Source: a virus
Taxonomy: Duplodnaviria; Heunggongvirae; Uroviricota; Caudoviricetes
Direction: 5' to 3' (one strand)
DNA: 41,660 nucleotides
IMG/VR virus record: IMGVR_UViG_2778261202_000006
Location: 1-41,660 of that record
Notes under the pieces: model-generated
The model's database searches: none
Seen by the model: the letters and a program-made list of their open reading frames with translations, nothing else
Told to the model about the DNA's origin: nothing
Program-made: the position numbers and the translations under genes
Shown here: piece by piece, positions 39,957 through 41,660 of the stretch
Layout of the letters: each line of letters opens with the position of its first letter
How positions within the stretch are numbered: the first letter of the stretch is position 1

Positions 39957-39971
39957 CTGCAGGGGACACCA
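39957..39971 (+). other. Putative attR core: 15-nt match to the 3' end of a tRNA (acceptor stem plus CCA)
   Basis: CTGCAGGGGACACCA; resembles 3' end of tRNA-Arg(CCU) as recalled; lies between excisionase and host permease. Confidence 0.55.
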
Positions 39972-40412
39972 GATACCCTTCAAACGAAATCTACCTTCAC
40001 CCCGTAAAAGATGGGTTTGGCAGCACACTTGCCTTATATCTACTCATTTTTACTGCAACAGGTTGAAATCTCAGCACTGTCAGAAAGCGCTGATGACTAA
40101 ACAGCCCTGGGCCGGGCGATGTAACCATCACACAGAATCCTGATAGCGAAATATGGCGTGACTCGATACTTCACTCCGCAATGCATTCCTTGATGAATTC
40201 GCAGGACCGTGATACACGGGACAGGTCACTGAATGACGACAATGTCCTGGAAATCAGCGAACCGCGCATCTGAAGTACATTTGAGCGACTGTACCAGAAC
40301 ATGAATGAGGCGTTTGGATTAGGCGATTATTAGCAGGGCTAAGCATTTTACTATTATTATTTTCCGGTTGAGGGATATAGAGCTATCGACAACAACCGGA
40401 AAAAGTTTACGT

Positions 40413-41660
40413 CTATATTGCTGAAGGTACAGGCGTTTCCATAACTATTTGCTCGCGTTTTTTACTCAAGAAGAAAATGCCAAATAGCAACATCAGGCAG
40501 ACAATACCCGAAATTGCGAAGAAAACTGTCTGGTAGCCTGCGTGGTCAAAGAGTATCCCAGTCGGCGTTGAAAGCAGCACAATCCCAAGCGAACTGGCAA
40601 TTTGAAAACCAATCAGAAAGATCGTCGACGACAGGCGCTTATCAAAGTTTGCCACGCTGTATTTGAAGACGGATATGACACAAAGTGGAACCTCAATGGC
40701 ATGTAACAACTTCACTAATGAAATAATCCAGGGGTTAACGAACAGCGCGCAGGAAAGGATACGCAACGCCATAATCACAACTCCGATAAGTAATGCATTT
40801 TTTGGCCCTACCCGATTCACAAAGAAAGGAATAATCGCCATGCACAGCGCTTCGAGTACCACCTGGAATGAGTTGAGATAACCATACAGGCGCGTTCCTA
40901 CATCGTGTGATTCGAATAAACCTGCATAAAAGACAGGAAAAAGTTGTTGATCAAAAATGTTATAGAAAGACCACGTCCCCACAATAAATATGACGAAAAC
41001 CCAGAAGTTTCGATCCTTGAAAACTGCGATAAAATCCTCTTTTTTTACCCCTCCCGCATCTGCCGCTACGCACTGGTGATCCTTATCTTTAAAACGCATG
41101 TTGATCATCATAAATACAGCGCCAAATAGCGAGACCAACCAGAAGTTGATATGGGGACTGATACTAAAAAATATGCCGGCAAAGAACGCGCCAATAGCAT
41201 AGCCAAAAGATCCCCAGGCGCGCGCTGTTCCATATTCGAAATGAAAATTTCGCGCCATTTTTTCGGTGAAGCTATCAAGCAAACCGCATCCCGCCAGATA
41301 CCCCAAGCCAAAAAATAGCGCCCCCAGAATTAGACCTACAGAAAAATTGCTTTGCAGTAACGGTTCATAAACGTAAATCATAAACGGTCCGGTCAAGACC
41401 AGGATGAAACTCATACACCAGATGAGCGGTTTCTTCAGACCGAGTTTATCCTGAACGATGCCGTAGAACATCATAAATAGAATGCTGGTAAACTGGTTGA
41501 CCGAATAAAGTGTACCTAATTCCGTCCCTGTCAACCCTAGATGTCCTTTCAGCCAAATAGCGTATAACGACCACCACAGCGACCAGGAAATAAAAAAGAG
41601 AAATGAGTAACTGGATGCAAAACGATAGTACGCATTTCTGAATGGAATATTCAGTGCCAT
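40413..41660 (-). CDS. cscB: LacY-family oligosaccharide:H+ symporter (sucrose permease CscB-like), host gene
   Basis: 415 aa, 12-TM MFS protein with LacY-family motifs (GIVQDKLGLKKPLIW, FEYGTARAWGSFG); outside prophage. Confidence 0.8.
   Translation of the reverse strand: MALNIPFRNAYYRFASSYSFLFFISWSLWWSLYAIWLKGHLGLTGTELGTLYSVNQFTSILFMMFYGIVQDKLGLKKPLIWCMSFILVLTGPFMIYVYEPLLQSNFSVGLILGALFFGLGYLAGCGLLDSFTEKMARNFHFEYGTARAWGSFGYAIGAFFAGIFFSISPHINFWLVSLFGAVFMMINMRFKDKDHQCVAADAGGVKKEDFIAVFKDRNFWVFVIFIVGTWSFYNIFDQQLFPVFYAGLFESHDVGTRLYGYLNSFQVVLEALCMAIIPFFVNRVGPKNALLIGVVIMALRILSCALFVNPWIISLVKLLHAIEVPLCVISVFKYSVANFDKRLSSTIFLIGFQIASSLGIVLLSTPTGILFDHAGYQTVFFAISGIVCLMLLFGIFFLSKKREQIVMETPVPSAI

Larger units (their letters stand above)
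1..39971. mobile_element. Intact mosaic P22-like/lambdoid prophage (integrase at left end, excisionase and att core at right end)
   Basis: Continuous phage gene order int - serotype conversion - tailspike - ejection - tail accessory - coat - scaffold - portal - terminase - lysis - Q - nin - replication - cII/cro/c2/N - early left - xis; host-type permease gene to the right; tRNA-3'-end-like core at 39957..39971. Confidence 0.85.

Noticed and set aside
1-41660. CRISPR arrays, rRNA genes, insertion sequences or transposase genes
   Set aside because: No regularly spaced direct repeats and no transposase-like ORFs were seen; mobility is accounted for by the integrase/excisionase pair.
40413-41660. 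Interpreting the window as a free, circularly permuted phage genome
   Set aside because: The right end carries a LacY-family permease gene and an att-core-like sequence, consistent with an integrated prophage and host flank rather than a vegetative genome.

Overview
The window is almost entirely one intact, mosaic temperate-phage genome in integrated form (about 40 kb). It starts with a P4-type tyrosine integrase (1..1158) and ends with an excisionase (39683..39883), followed about 75 bp later by a 15-nt tRNA-3'-end-like core (CTGCAGGGGACACCA, 39957..39971, putative attR) and a host LacY-family permease (40413..41660, CscB-like). All protein identifications are by recall of known families and synteny; no database search was run. 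Morphogenesis is P22-like and entirely on the minus strand: small and large terminase, portal, scaffold, coat, gp4/gp10/gp26, gp14, ejection proteins gp7/gp20/gp16, and a tailspike with a P22-type head-binding N-terminus. Lysis (S, R, Rz/Rz1), Q with its pR' promoter, and cII look lambda-like, while c2/cro with three operators are P22-like. The rest comprises a nin region (NinB/E/F/H, RusA), a primase-helicase plus an O-like initiator with intragenic iterons, an N-like antiterminator with nutL/nutR, and an early-left operon with cIII-like, RecT and Sipho_Gp157-like genes. Candidate accessory loci are: (i) two unrelated small genes in the late operon carried in cassettes with a shared, covarying structured 5' element and shared 3' terminator; (ii) an mnt-lipoprotein operon divergent from the tailspike; (iii) an AT-rich O-antigen acyltransferase; (iv) an HNH endonuclease between terminase and portal; (v) strongly acidic small proteins after N and after the coat gene; (vi) a dense island of small overlapping early-left ORFs. 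No rRNA, intact tRNA or CRISPR array was seen.
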